A stretch of 63,440 nucleotides of DNA, filler included. It is 10 parts of 10 records of this genome, joined end to end, with 100 filler letters (N's around TTAATTAATTAA, not from the genome) between each part and the next. Parts side by side here need not be neighbours in the genome. Positions count along the whole stretch, not along the records: positions 1 to 6,702 come from SRR20825010_5743; positions 6,803 to 22,037 come from SRR20825010_5747; 8 more parts are not named here. One strand, given 5' to 3'. Positions 1 to 11,430 of the stretch are shown here, piece by piece (position 1 is the stretch's first letter; the number at the start of each line of letters is the position of its first letter). The position numbers were made by a program, and so were the translations under genes. Below the pieces are notes generated by a model that saw only the letters and a program-made list of their open reading frames with translations, did no database searches and was not told the DNA's origin.

Positions 1-89
1 AAAAGGGATCAAGCGGTTTTCAGTGCGGAACAAGTAACCCCCGCCGAGTTGACTCAAAAACCACGGCGACCAATCAACGCAATCAACCC

Positions 90-3000
90 TCACATCGACC
101 TGCGGTACTTTCCACCCACTTCAAACAGCGCCTGCGTAATCTGCCCCAGCGAACACACCCGCACGGCGTCCACCAGCACTTCAAACACATTGCCACCGTC
201 CATCGCGGTTTGCTTCAATCGTTCAAGCATGGGTCCGCTTTCCGAAGCATGCCGCTGCTGAAATTCTGCAAGGCGTTTAAGCTGACTCAGCTTTTCTTCT
301 TCCGTGGCGCGGGCCAGTTCAAGCGAATTCAGTGAATCTGCATTTTCATCCGCATTGGTAAAGGTGTTCACACCGACAATGGGCAACGTGCCATCGTGCT
401 TCTGAATTTCATAGTGCATCGACTCTTCCTGAATTTTGCTGCGCTGGTAACCGGTTTCCATGGCACCCAACACGCCGCCGCGTTCGCTGATTCTATCCAG
501 TTCAACCAGCACCGCGTTTTCAACAAGCTCGGTCAACTCTTCAACAATGAATGCCCCTTGATTCGGGTTTTCGTTTTTGGCCAGGCCCCATTCCTTGTTG
601 ATGATCAACTGAATGGCCATGGCGCGGCGTACGCTTTCTTCGGTGGGCGTGGTTACCGCTTCATCGTAGGCATTGGTGTGCAGGCTGTTGCAGTGGTCGT
701 ACACAGCGATCAAGGCTTGCAGGGTGGTGCGTATGTCGTTGAACGCAATTTCCTGTGCGTGCAAGCTGCGGCCACTGGTTTGAATGTGGTATTTCAGCTT
801 TTGGCTGCGGTCGCTGGCACCGTAACGGTCGCGCATGGCAATGGCCCAAATGCGGCGCGCCACGCGACCCAGCACGGTGTATTCCGGGTCCATGCCGTTG
901 CTAAAGAAGAAGCTTAAGTTGGGCGCAAAGTCGTCGATCTTCATGCCACGCGCAAGGTAAGCCTCCACAAAGGTGAAGCCATTGCTCAGAGTAAAGGCCA
1001 GTTGCGAAATCGGGTTCGCGCCCGCTTCAGCAATGTGATAACCGCTGATCGACACGCTGTAGAAGTTGCGTACTTCGTGATCGATGAAGTACTGCTGAAT
1101 GTCGCCCATCACACGCAGGCTGAATTCAGTCGAGAAGATGCAGGTGTTCTGGCCCTGATCCTCTTTCAGAATGTCGGCCTGCACAGTGCCGCGCACCGCT
1201 TTCAAGGTAGCTGCCTTGATGTTTGCGTATTCATCCGCGTTCGGGGCACGCTTGTTTTTGGCGGTGAACAGGTCCACCTGCTGATCAACCGCTGTGTTCA
1301 GGAACATGGCCAGAATGCTGGGTGCCGGGCCGTTGATGGTCATCGACACACTGGTGCTGGGTGCGCACAAATCAAAACCGCTGTACAACACTTTCATGTC
1401 GTCGAGCGTGGCCACACTCACACCACTGGTGCCTACCTTGCCGTAAATATCAGGGCGCAGGTCGGGGTCGAAACCATACAGGGTGACTGAATCAAATGCG
1501 GTCGACAAACGCTTGGCATCGCTGCCACTGCTGAGCATTTTAAAACGGCGATTGGTACGTGCTGCGTCGCCTTCACCGGCAAACATGCGGGTGGGGTCTT
1601 CACCTTCGCGCTTCACTGGAAACACACCTGCGGTGAAGGGAAAGTAGCCGGGCAGGTTTTCCAGCATCACGAATTTCAACAAGTCGGCGCGGCTGGTGAA
1701 CTTGGGCAAACTGACCCGGTTTATTTTCAAGCCACACAGCGTGGTCACAGTCAGCGGCACTTGCAGGGCTTTTCCGCGTATTTCATATGTTAGCGTGTCG
1801 CCTTGGTAGCCCTCGGCCAGCCGGGAATAATCTTTCATGGCTTTTTGGGCAGCCATGCTGATGCGGGTGTTGGTCAAGGCCACAATGTCGGCCAGTGCAT
1901 CCACCGCCTTGGTTTTGTCGGGCTTGTGTTCAAGCAGCAGGGCTTGTGCGCGTTCCATGCATTCAAGGTCGTACACAGCCGCCACGTCTTGTTGAACCTG
2001 CGCTTTGTAGCTGCGCACAGCCTGCGCAATTTCAGCCAGGTAGCGCACACGCTCGGAAGGCACCACAGCCTTCAAGGTGGTGGAGTGTTTGGTGTTGATC
2101 GTGTTGAACAAGCCGCTGGAAGGCTTGGCAATTGGCAAGGCCGCACGCAGGGCTTTGTACAGGGCACTAACCCCATCGTCGTTAAAGCGGCTGGCCAGCG
2201 TGCCGTACACCGGCATGGTGTCGGGCATGCTGGTAAACGCCATGCGGTTGCGCTGTACCTGTTTGCACACATCGCGCAGGGCATCGAGCGCGCCCTTGCG
2301 ATCGAATTTGTTCACGGCCACGAAATCGGCGAAATCCAGCATGTCGATTTTTTCAAGCTGGCTGGCGGCACCATATTCAGGCGTCATCACATACAGGCTG
2401 AAATCCACATGCGGCACAATGGCGGCATCGCCCTGGCCAATGCCGGGTGTTTCTATCAACACCAGATCAAACCCGGTGGCGCGGCACAGGGCAATGATGT
2501 CGGGCAAAGTGGCGGGCACTTCTTGCGCGGAATCGCGCGTGGCCAGTGAACGCATAAACACTTTGGGGCCATTGCCAGCCCAAGGGCCAATGGCATTCAT
2601 TCGAATGCGGTCGCCCAACAAGGCACCGCCGGTTTTGCGGCGCGATGGGTCGACGCACACTACACCAATGGTCAAATCGTCCCCATGGTCCATGCGCAGG
2701 CGGCGAATCAATTCATCAGTCAGGCTTGATTTGCCTGCACCACCGGTGCCAGTAATGCCAAGCACCGGGGTTTTGCTGGCTTTGGCTTGAAGACGAATGG
2801 CGTCCAAATCGGCAGCAGCCACTTCGTCACGTTCAAGCTGGGTGATCAGTTGGGTCAACAGCGGCCAGTTGCCGGCCAAGGCTTGAATACTGTCGGGGGT
2901 ACACTTCACTTCGGCCTTTTTTCGGGCATCGCGCACTTGTGCAGCACGCGCAATCATGTCGCCGATCATGCCCTCAAGGCCCATGGTCTGGCCGTCATGC

Positions 3001-3392
3001 GGGCTGTAGATGCGGTTCACACCGTAGGCTTGAAGGGCTTCAATTTCAGAAGGCAGGATAACGCCGCCACCGCCGCCAAACACCTGAATGTGGCCCGCAT
3101 GTTGAGCCTTCAGCTCATCGACCATGTATTTGAAGAATTCGTTGTGCCCGCCCTGGTATGAACTGACCGCCAGGCCGTCCGCATCTTCCTGAATGGCCGC
3201 ATCAACCAGTTCCTGCACTGACCGGTTGTGACCCAAGTGAATGACTTCAGCGCCCTGGCTTTGCAGCAAACGGCGAATCATGTTGATGGCAGCGTCGTGG
3301 CCGTCGAACAGGGATGAACCTGTGACAAAGCGCAGGGGCGTGCGTTGGGTGTCAGAGAGGGGTTTTCCCACCTCGCCGGTGCTGCTCTTCAT
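90..3392 (-). CDS. icmF: Fused isobutyryl-CoA mutase / GTPase chaperone IcmF (B12-dependent)
   Basis: 1100 aa with N-terminal cobalamin-binding domain (FDGHDAAIN), MeaB-like GTPase (GITGTGGAGKSS, NKFD) and C-terminal mutase barrel (PTRMFAGEG, GTVQADILKEDQGQN). Confidence 0.95.
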   Translation of the reverse strand: MKSSTGEVGKPLSDTQRTPLRFVTGSSLFDGHDAAINMIRRLLQSQGAEVIHLGHNRSVQELVDAAIQEDADGLAVSSYQGGHNEFFKYMVDELKAQHAGHIQVFGGGGGVILPSEIEALQAYGVNRIYSPHDGQTMGLEGMIGDMIARAAQVRDARKKAEVKCTPDSIQALAGNWPLLTQLITQLERDEVAAADLDAIRLQAKASKTPVLGITGTGGAGKSSLTDELIRRLRMDHGDDLTIGVVCVDPSRRKTGGALLGDRIRMNAIGPWAGNGPKVFMRSLATRDSAQEVPATLPDIIALCRATGFDLVLIETPGIGQGDAAIVPHVDFSLYVMTPEYGAASQLEKIDMLDFADFVAVNKFDRKGALDALRDVCKQVQRNRMAFTSMPDTMPVYGTLASRFNDDGVSALYKALRAALPIAKPSSGLFNTINTKHSTTLKAVVPSERVRYLAEIAQAVRSYKAQVQQDVAAVYDLECMERAQALLLEHKPDKTKAVDALADIVALTNTRISMAAQKAMKDYSRLAEGYQGDTLTYEIRGKALQVPLTVTTLCGLKINRVSLPKFTSRADLLKFVMLENLPGYFPFTAGVFPVKREGEDPTRMFAGEGDAARTNRRFKMLSSGSDAKRLSTAFDSVTLYGFDPDLRPDIYGKVGTSGVSVATLDDMKVLYSGFDLCAPSTSVSMTINGPAPSILAMFLNTAVDQQVDLFTAKNKRAPNADEYANIKAATLKAVRGTVQADILKEDQGQNTCIFSTEFSLRVMGDIQQYFIDHEVRNFYSVSISGYHIAEAGANPISQLAFTLSNGFTFVEAYLARGMKIDDFAPNLSFFFSNGMDPEYTVLGRVARRIWAIAMRDRYGASDRSQKLKYHIQTSGRSLHAQEIAFNDIRTTLQALIAVYDHCNSLHTNAYDEAVTTPTEESVRRAMAIQLIINKEWGLAKNENPNQGAFIVEELTELVENAVLVELDRISERGGVLGAMETGYQRSKIQEESMHYEIQKHDGTLPIVGVNTFTNADENADSLNSLELARATEEEKLSQLKRLAEFQQRHASESGPMLERLKQTAMDGGNVFEVLVDAVRVCSLGQITQALFEVGGKYRRSM

Positions 3393-3681
3393 GTCTGTCT
3401 CCTGATGGGTTGCGGTTGTTTTCCACCGCTCGTTTGAATTTTAATTCTAACCTATCCATGCACCATGCGTAGCATGCAACCAGACCTAAAAAGCTTAAAA
3501 GAAGAACACTGGAGATGACCCAATAAGACAATGGCACCCCGTAAACCGTGATGCCAAGCTGGGGAATGAACAAAACAACGCTAAGTATCAATGCAACCCA
3601 GACCCCAAGCAAACGCCAGGTAAGTTGCTTAACCTGCCGCCAGTACTCGTTTTCAAGCGGGGTGGGGTGCAGGTTTTTCAT
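3352..3681 (-). CDS. DUF4212-family small membrane protein (solute:sodium symporter small subunit-like)
   Basis: 109 aa, two hydrophobic helices, YW..LLGVW...G.PL.YW...Y..MDRL pattern typical of DUF4212. Confidence 0.7.
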   Translation of the reverse strand: MKNLHPTPLENEYWRQVKQLTWRLLGVWVALILSVVLFIPQLGITVYGVPLSYWVISSVLLLSFLGLVACYAWCMDRLELKFKRAVENNRNPSGDRHEEQHRRGGKTPL

Positions 3682-3690
3682 GAATCGACC

Positions 3691-4332
3691 CTAGGCTGAA
3701 AACTGGGGTTTGAAGCGATACACTGCCAGGGTGCTGCGCAGATTGCCCAGAAACTCGACAGGCTCACCATTCAAGAAAAGCTGCTTGCCCAGCACCTTGT
3801 GCCCGATTTGGGCCACCAGTGCCTCGAAATCTTTGGGCGTACAAAGGTGAATATTGGGTGTGTTGTACCACTGATAGGGCATTTGCTTGGACACCGGCAT
3901 GCGGCCCATGGCAATCGACCACACATGGTACCAATGGCCAAAGTTGGGAAAACTCACAATACCTTCTTTGCCCACGCGTGCAATTTCCTTGAGGATGCGC
4001 TCGGTGTTGTGCATGGCCTGCAGCGTTTGGGAAAGAATAACCACATCAAAGGCGTGGTCCTCGAACATGGCCAGGCCCTTTTCAAGGTCTTGCTGAATTA
4101 CGTTGATGCCACTGGCCACACTGCGCTGCACATTGGTGTCGTCGATTTCAACGCCATAGCCCGTGGCCTTGCGGGTTTTCATCAAACGGGCCAAAAACGA
4201 TCCGTCGCCACAGCCCAAATCAAGTACGCGTGCGCCCATGGGCACCCAACTTTCAATCAAATCGAGATCGGCCCGGGGCACCACGATGGGCAAGGGTTGT
4301 ACGTCTTGCGGCACAGCATGCAGGTTCTTCAT
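3691..4332 (-). CDS. metW: Methionine biosynthesis protein MetW
   Basis: [13 protein letters not shown]-binding motif, SFPNFGHW and [11 protein letters not shown] motifs; directly downstream of metX with 4-nt overlap. Confidence 0.93.
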   Translation of the reverse strand: MKNLHAVPQDVQPLPIVVPRADLDLIESWVPMGARVLDLGCGDGSFLARLMKTRKATGYGVEIDDTNVQRSVASGINVIQQDLEKGLAMFEDHAFDVVILSQTLQAMHNTERILKEIARVGKEGIVSFPNFGHWYHVWSIAMGRMPVSKQMPYQWYNTPNIHLCTPKDFEALVAQIGHKVLGKQLFLNGEPVEFLGNLRSTLAVYRFKPQFSA

Positions 4333-5465
4333 GCGAGATCCTTGGCAATACGTTCAAAATAACCCCGAACCACATTGTGGTAGCGCGGATCGGTCAACAA
4401 AAAGGCGTCGTGACCATGTGGGGCGTCAATTTCAGCGTAAGTAACGTCGCGCTGGTTGGCCATCAAGGCCTCCACTATTTCGCGGGTTCGTTCAGGGGCA
4501 AATCGCCAATCGGTGGTGAAACTGACCAGCAGGAACTTGGCCTTCGATGCTTCCAGTGCCTTGACCAAATCGCCGCCTGTGTGGCGTGCCGGGTCGAAAT
4601 AATCCAGCGCCTTGGTGATCAACAGGTAGGTGTTGGCATCGAAATAATCTGCAAACTTGTCGCCTTGGTAACGCAGGTAACTTTCGACCTGAAAATCCAC
4701 ATCCAAGCCGTAGTTGTAGTCGCCGTTGCGCAGTGTACGGCCGAATTTCTCGGCCATGTCATCACCACTCAGGTAGGTAATGTGGCCGATCATTCGGGCC
4801 AAACGCAGGCCGCGCTTGGGCACCACACCGTGTTCGTAGTAATTGCCACCGTGGAAATCGGGGTCGGTCACAATGGCCTGGCGGGCCACTTCGTTGAAGG
4901 CGATGTTTTGCGCGCTCAGCTTGGGCGTTGAAGCAACCACCATGCAATGGCCTACGCGGTCAGGGTAACTGAGGCTCCATTGCAGCGCCTGCATGCCGCC
5001 AAGGCTTCCGCCCATGACAGCAGCAAACTTCTGGATTCCGAAATGATCAGCCAGGCGCACCTGCGCATTCACCCAGTCTTGAACCGTGACAAACGGAAAT
5101 TCGGCCCCATAAGGCTTGCCGGTTTCAGGATTCATGCTGCCAGGGCCAGTGGACCCAAAACACGAACCCAGGTTGTTCACGCCAATGACAAAAAACCGGT
5201 TGGTGTCCAGGGGCTTGCCCGGGCCCACCATGTTGTCCCACCAGCCTTCGCTTTTTTCTTGCCCTTCGTACAAACCTGCCACGTGGTGCGAGGCGTTCAG
5301 AGCATGGCACACCAGCACGGCGTTGCTTTTCTCAGCATTCAGCGTGCCGTAGGTTTCCACCATCAAGGAATAGCTGGGCAGGGTTTTACCGCACTCAAGC
5401 AAAAGCGGTGCAGTGAATTCAATAAGTTCGGGCTTTACAAAGCCCACAGACTGGTTGGCAGACAC
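4329..5465 (-). CDS. metX: Homoserine O-acyltransferase MetX
   Basis: [23 protein letters not shown] nucleophile elbow, FDANTYL, HGHDAFL. Confidence 0.95.
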   Translation of the reverse strand: MSANQSVGFVKPELIEFTAPLLLECGKTLPSYSLMVETYGTLNAEKSNAVLVCHALNASHHVAGLYEGQEKSEGWWDNMVGPGKPLDTNRFFVIGVNNLGSCFGSTGPGSMNPETGKPYGAEFPFVTVQDWVNAQVRLADHFGIQKFAAVMGGSLGGMQALQWSLSYPDRVGHCMVVASTPKLSAQNIAFNEVARQAIVTDPDFHGGNYYEHGVVPKRGLRLARMIGHITYLSGDDMAEKFGRTLRNGDYNYGLDVDFQVESYLRYQGDKFADYFDANTYLLITKALDYFDPARHTGGDLVKALEASKAKFLLVSFTTDWRFAPERTREIVEALMANQRDVTYAEIDAPHGHDAFLLTDPRYHNVVRGYFERIAKDLA

Positions 5466-5574
5466 AATGCGGCGTTTCTAAAGTTGGATTGTTTGTTCTT
5501 GCAAGCCCTTGAGTATAAATCGCAAACTGCCTGCCAAAGCAGTGCAAATGCGGGTCGGGGTGCAAAGTGGCTAC

Positions 5575-6702
5575 TTAGTCGTTGTGCAGTTGACGCATCA
5601 GCTCTTCAATTTTCTCGATGTCGAAAGTTCGAACCACTTTTTTGACCAGCTTTTGCGTTGCTGCAAAGTCTGTTTTCAACAGCAGTTCTTTCACATCCAG
5701 CAACTGCGAAGGGTGCATTGAATACTGGGTCAAACCCATGCCCAGCAGCAAGCGGGTCAGGCGAACGTCGCCTGCCATTTCCCCGCACACGCTGACAGGC
5801 ACACCCGCTTTGTCAGCACTTGAAATCACCTCGTAGACCAAGCGTAGGACTGCCGGATGCAAAGGATCATAAAGATGCGCCACCTGATGGTCTACCCGGT
5901 CCACGGCAAGCGTGTATTGAATCAGGTCGTTGGTACCTATCGACACGTAATCCAGATAGTTCAGGAAATGCGGCAAGCTAAGCGCAGTTGCGGGCACTTC
6001 GATCATGCCGCCAATTGGCACGTCCTGATTGGCCTGAAAACGACGCTCCAGTAGCTGTTCCCGGGCCATGTCGATGTAAGCCAAGGCCTGCCGCGTTTCA
6101 CGAATGTTGGTCAACATGGGCAGCAAAATTTTGACGGGCCCGTGTTTCGCGGCCCGCAACAGCGCACGTATTTGTGTGAGAAAAATTGCAGGCTCGGCCA
6201 GGCTAAACCGAATAGAGCGCAAGCCCAGCGCAGATGTACTTGAAACCGGTGGCGCACTGCTGTTTGCACCATCAAACTGCAGGGTTTTGTCCGCGCCAAG
6301 ATCGAGCGTGCGCACCGTGACCGGCTTGCCCTTCATGGCCTTGATCACCTTGCGGTAGGCTTCAAACTGCTCGTCTTCGGACGGCCATTCCTTGCGGTTC
6401 ATGAACAGGAATTCGGAACGGAACAAGCCCACACCGTCGGCACCCGCATCCACCACACCTTTGATGTCTTCAGGCAATTCGATATTGGCCAGCAATTCAA
6501 TCCGGCGGCCACATTGCGTGCGAGATTCCGTGGTGATGAGGCGTTTTAACCGCTGACGCGAAAGGGCCAGAATGGCCTGCTTGCGCTGGTACTCCTCGAC
6601 CACCATGGTTGCGGGGTCAAGAAACACGGCGCCAATTTTGCCATCGACCACCACCAGGTCACCGTTGTGCACAAACTCAAGTGCACGGGGTACGCCCACC
6701 AC
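5575..6702 (-). CDS. ptsI: PEP-protein phosphotransferase (PTS enzyme I), C-terminal part, 5' truncated by gap
   Basis: GVGLFRSEFL, RTLDLGADK, GGMIEVP, SIGTNDLIQY, VCGEMAG motifs. Confidence 0.92.
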   Translation of the reverse strand: MVGVPRALEFVHNGDLVVVDGKIGAVFLDPATMVVEEYQRKQAILALSRQRLKRLITTESRTQCGRRIELLANIELPEDIKGVVDAGADGVGLFRSEFLFMNRKEWPSEDEQFEAYRKVIKAMKGKPVTVRTLDLGADKTLQFDGANSSAPPVSSTSALGLRSIRFSLAEPAIFLTQIRALLRAAKHGPVKILLPMLTNIRETRQALAYIDMAREQLLERRFQANQDVPIGGMIEVPATALSLPHFLNYLDYVSIGTNDLIQYTLAVDRVDHQVAHLYDPLHPAVLRLVYEVISSADKAGVPVSVCGEMAGDVRLTRLLLGMGLTQYSMHPSQLLDVKELLLKTDFAATQKLVKKVVRTFDIEKIEELMRQLHND

Positions 6703-6802
6703 NNNNNNNNNNNNNNNNNNNNNNNNNNNNNNNNNNNNNNNNNNNNTTAATTAATTAANNNNNNNNNNNNNNNNNNNNNNNNNNNNNNNNNNNNNNNNNN
6801 NN
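6703..6802. other. Artificial contig spacer
   Basis: 44 N + TTAATTAATTAA (stops in all six frames) + 44 N. Confidence 0.98.
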
Positions 6803-9730
6803 GTGCGGCGGCGGCGAAATCAGGGTCACACCGGGCACCGAGTGACGCAGGCGCGCGATCAACGCATTCACCTTACCACCGGGCAGCTGGCCACCTTCAC
6901 CAGGCTTGGCACCCTGAGCCACCTTGATCTGCAGCACTTCGGCGTTGACCAGGTAATGCGGGGTCACACCAAAACGGCCAGAGGCAATCTGCTTGATCTT
7001 GGACACACGCTCGGTGCCAAAGCGGGCCGGGTCTTCCCCGCCCTCGCCAGAGTTGGAACGACCACCCAAACGGTTCATTGCCGTAGCAATGGCTTCGTGG
7101 GCTTCCGGACTCAAAGCACCCAAAGACATGCCCGCGGAATCAAAGCGCAGCAGAATATTTTCCAGCGGCTCCACCTGATCCACGTCGATGGCGTCCACGT
7201 CATCGCGCAAAGCAAACAGGTCACGCAGAGTCGCCACCGGGCGCTTGTTGACCAGCTCGGCGTACTCTTTATACGCGTCGTAGTCACTGTCCTGGGTGGC
7301 ACGGTGCAAGGCGTAGATCACGTCTGGATTGAAGGCGTGATATTCCTTGCCGTGGATATACTTGAGGATACCGCCCGCATCGATGGGCTTGCGCTGCTTC
7401 CAGGCATCCTTGGCCAGGTTCTGCTGGTCTTCCTGGAAATCCTCAAAGCCCGCCCCTTGAATCCGGCTGGGCACACCACGGAAACACAGCTCTACCACTT
7501 CGCTGTTGATACCAATGGCTTCAAACAGCTGGGCACCCCGGTAAGAGGTAATGGTAGAGATCCCCATTTTGGAAAGGATCTTCATCAGGCCCTTGTTGAT
7601 GCCTTTACGGAAGTTCTTTTGCAGCTCCACCGCATCGCCCAGCAGCTCGCCGGAACGCACCATATCAGCGATTACATCATAAGCCAGGTACGGGTACACC
7701 GCTGTGGCACCGAAACCAAACAGCACAGCAAAGTGATGGGAGTCACGCACCGTGGCGGTTTCCACGATGATGTTGGCGTCGGAGCGCAGACCCTTTTCGG
7801 TCAGGTAGTGATGCACCGCGCCGGTGGCCATCAAGGCGTGAATGGTGAGCTTGTCCTGGGCAATACCATGGTCCGTCAGCACCAGAATGACATTGCCATC
7901 GCGTACCGCCGTTTCCGCCTGCTGACACAGATCCAGCACCGCCTGCTTGAGGCCGATCTCAGCGCTGTAGTGCAGGCTGAGCTTGGCTGTCTGGTAACCC
8001 GGACGCTCGATATTGATCAGGTTGGTGAACTTGGAGTGCGACAGCACCGGGGTAGACAGAATCGCCCGATCGGCGTGATCGGCGGTCTCTTCGAACACAT
8101 TGCGCTCGGCACCCACACAGGTTTCCAGGCTCATCACGATCGCTTCGCGCAGCGGATCGATGGGCGGATTGGTCACCTGGGCAAACTGCTGACGGAAGTA
8201 ATCGAACAGGGAGCGCTCGCGACGGGACAACACCGCCATGGGGGTATCGTCACCCATGGAACCGGTGGCTTCCTGGCCAGACTCGGCCAACGGGCGCAGC
8301 ACCTGATCACGCTCTTCAAAGCTGATCTGGAAGAATTTCTGGTAGCTGAGCAGATCCTGCGGATCCACCTCATCGGTACGACCCACTTCGTGGTCGTAAT
8401 CCGCTTCGATGCGCAGGGCATTGCTCTTCAGCCAGTCACGGTAGGGGTGACGGACTTTCAGGCGGTTATCAATGTCCTTGGTGTGCAGGACTTCACCGGT
8501 TTCGGTGTCAATGGCCAGGATCTGACCCGGCCCCACACGGCCCTTGGCCACCACGTCTTCCGGCTTGTAGCTGTACACACCGATTTCCGAGGCCAGGGTA
8601 ATAAAACCGTTTTTGGTAACCACCCAGCGAGCCGGGCGCAGACCATTACGGTCCAGCATACAGACGGCGTAACGGCCGTCCGTCATTACCAGGCCAGCCG
8701 GGCCATCCCACGGCTCCATGTGCATGGAGTTATATTCGTAGAAGGCGCGCAGGTCCGCATCCATGGTTTCCACGTTCTGCCAGGCAGGCGGAATCATCAT
8801 GCGCACGGCGCGGAACAGATCCATGCCCCCGGCCAGCAGGATTTCCAGCATGTTATCCATGCTGGAGGAATCGGAGCCGGTACGGTTAACCAGCGGGCTC
8901 AGTTCTTCCAGGCCCGGCAACAGCTCATTCTCGAACTTGTTTTCCCGGGCCAGCGCCCAATTCCGGTTACCCTGCACAGTGTTGATTTCACCGTTGTGGG
9001 CCAGGTAACGGAACGGCTGAGCCAGCGGCCACTGGGGCAGCGTGTTGGTAGAAAAGCGCTGGTGGAAAACGACAATGGCCGTTTCCATGGCGCTGTCACC
9101 CAGGTCCGGGAAGAACACCGGCAGATCCACCGGCATCATCAAGCCTTTGTAAGACATCACAGAGGCGGACAGGGAACAGATATAGAAGTAGCCGTCGCTT
9201 TCGATGGCTTTTTCCGCATGGCGACGGGCAAAGAACAGCCGACGGTTCAGCTCCTGCTCGGAGTTGCCATCTGCCGCCACCATCACCTGCCAGAAGCCCG
9301 GCAGGGACGCCCGCGCCAGATCACCGAGGCAAGACGGATCGGTGGGCACTTCGCGCCAGCCGAGTACGGCAACGCCCTGGGCCTCCAGAGCCGCATTGAT
9401 AGCGCTTTTCTGCTGCTCGGACTGATCCGCGTCCGGGTGGGTAAATACCATCCCCACGCCGTAGTTATCCGGCAACGTAATGGATTGCTCTTCCGCGACC
9501 TTGCGGAAGAAAGAATCGGGTTTCTTAAGCAACAGACCGCAGCCATCACCGGTTTTTCCGTCGGCATTAATGCCGCCCCGGTGTGTCATGCACGTAAGTG
9601 CTTCAATAGCAGTTTGCAGAAGCTCGTGGCTGGCCTGGCCCTCCATATGGGCAATCAGACCAAAACCACAGTTGTCCCGGAATTCTCCGGGCTCAGTGAG
9701 CCCCCGCACCAGCGTTGAGTTCTGCTGCAT
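6803..9730 (-). CDS. gltB: Glutamate synthase large subunit, 3' truncated by gap
   Basis: N-terminal DNCGFG (Ntn cysteine), [41 protein letters not shown]. Confidence 0.97.
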
Positions 9731-9873
9731 GAAAACCTTTCCTCTTGAAATTCAGAGACTTACAGAAGGCAAATGGCGTCAAGAAAATGGTGACGGCAAA
9801 AAAGGGATATGCATTCTACACATTGCGCGCTTGGGCGACAAATTGAACAGTCACCCAAGGCGCTTTTTCATGC

Positions 9874-11430
9874 TCAAAGTTCGCCGCGAACATCGCCCAT
9901 TTTGCGAGGAAAAGGCCCCGCTGAGCGCAACTTTGCTGGCAACGTCAACTTTGCATCAAGCGCAGCCTGACGACTGGAATAGTCCCCGGCGAGCACCAGA
10001 AACACGGTTTTTCCATTCCGTTTGGCCGGATAATAAGCGCCTTTACGGTCCAGCTGGTCCAGCACCGCACGGGCATTAGCCTCTTGGCTAGTGGCGGTAA
10101 TCTGCAAAAACCAGCGATTATCATCCAGCGCCGCGAGCCAGGCCGCCTGATTATACCCGGAGGTGTCGGTCGTCGGTTTTTCCTGCGCGGATGGCGAAGC
10201 AGCCTTGCCCTCCTCGGACTTTGGTTCTGACGGCGCAGAGTCGGCCGGCTTCTCGGGGGGCGGCGCTACCGCAACCTCTTGTTGCGCCTGGGCCGGTGAC
10301 GACTGCATCACCGGATCGGTCACCGGCGTCAGCTCCACATTGCTGCTCGGCGCAACCTCAACGTTGCTTTCTTCGTCTTCCGGCTCCGCCCCTAGATCCT
10401 CGAGACGCGCCACCGGCTCCATGGTCGGCTTCAGCGGTGTCACCCCGGGCTCCTGGGGCGCGGCCTCTTCCGGTTTCGACGACACCGACTCCGGCACAGG
10501 CAAAGCCAACTCGCGGGAGGCCTGCGCCGCATCCTCATCATCACCGCCAGAAAGCACCGACCACAAGAGGATCACCACCAACAACAAGCCCACAACAGCC
10601 GCCCCGTGACGCCAGGGCGCAGCGGCACGGGACGCTGACGCCGTATCAGCCGGCGGCACTGGCGCTTCGGCATCAGCATGATCATCGTCATCTTCATCAC
10701 TGGAACGCGCGGAAAAACCCGGCATGTCACTCATTTCGTCATCGCCATCGGCCTCGCCCGCTTCAGCGGCGCTATCCGAGCTGTACGTGGCAGCCCCCAC
10801 CGGCACCGCTGCAGCGGAGTCCCGGGTACCCTGCAGCAGCCCCAGCAGAGCACCCGGCAACCCCTCACTACGGTGCGCCAGCCGCTCTGACTCAGCCTCA
10901 TCCAGCTCCTCAGCGGCAACAAACCAGGCAAAGTCCTGCACGTCATCAGCATTCAGTGTCGGCAGATCCAGCACATCATCCACGGTAAAGTCCACGGACT
11001 TGAGCGCTTCAACGGTACCCGGCAGCCCGCCGAACAGGTAGCACAACCGCACCCCCAGCTTCTGCTTGAGGGCCGCCATGGTGGTCAGCGCATCCGCCCG
11101 CACGTCTTCACTGTTATCCACCACCACCACCAGGCGACCGTTACTCAAGGTGTCACGGAGCACCTGAGGCAGCTCGGCGCGGTCGATATCAAAATGACGC
11201 AACAACGCATCAACCACCACATTGGCATCATGGGGCTCACTGCCATCGATGCGAACCACTTCCATGTCGGCCAGCAGCGCCATCACTGCCTGCCCGAGCA
11301 GAGTAGACACACCGCTGCCCGTATCGCCCTCTAAAGCCACTACCGACCCCAGCCCGGCATGGGCGGTCATGGCATCCAGAAAATCCCCTCGCGAGGCCCC
11401 GCTATAGAAACGTTCGTCATCATGCTCCAC
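9874..11430 (-). CDS. DamX-like protein: degenerate AAA/P-loop domain, one TM helix, low-complexity linker, C-terminal SPOR domain
   Basis: [10 protein letters not shown]-loop-like motif, TM segment [18 protein letters not shown]-like end (WFLQI...[13 protein letters not shown]); aroK-aroB-damX synteny; start set at GTG 11430 after GGAGG. Confidence 0.75.
   Translation of the reverse strand: MEHDDERFYSGASRGDFLDAMTAHAGLGSVVALEGDTGSGVSTLLGQAVMALLADMEVVRIDGSEPHDANVVVDALLRHFDIDRAELPQVLRDTLSNGRLVVVVDNSEDVRADALTTMAALKQKLGVRLCYLFGGLPGTVEALKSVDFTVDDVLDLPTLNADDVQDFAWFVAAEELDEAESERLAHRSEGLPGALLGLLQGTRDSAAAVPVGAATYSSDSAAEAGEADGDDEMSDMPGFSARSSDEDDDDHADAEAPVPPADTASASRAAAPWRHGAAVVGLLLVVILLWSVLSGGDDEDAAQASRELALPVPESVSSKPEEAAPQEPGVTPLKPTMEPVARLEDLGAEPEDEESNVEVAPSSNVELTPVTDPVMQSSPAQAQQEVAVAPPPEKPADSAPSEPKSEEGKAASPSAQEKPTTDTSGYNQAAWLAALDDNRWFLQITATSQEANARAVLDQLDRKGAYYPAKRNGKTVFLVLAGDYSSRQAALDAKLTLPAKLRSAGPFPRKMGDVRGEL

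Noticed and set aside
90-3392. IcmF as a pivalyl-CoA mutase variant
   Set aside because: The specificity position reads RMFAG (Phe), as in ordinary isobutyryl-CoA mutase.
5466-5574. Possible SAM-II riboswitch upstream of metX (GAUUU and GCUUGCA on the minus strand)
   Set aside because: The 3' GCUAAA element and pseudoknot pairing are not evident; an Infernal search would be needed.
6747-6758. TTAATTAATTAA repeated nine times through the window
   Set aside because: Always centred in exactly 88 N; a six-frame stop linker added during concatenation, not a biological repeat or CRISPR repeat.
6803-9718. 971-aa plus-strand ORF
   Set aside because: Exact antisense shadow of gltB, no recognisable motifs; expected from codon bias in GC-rich genes.
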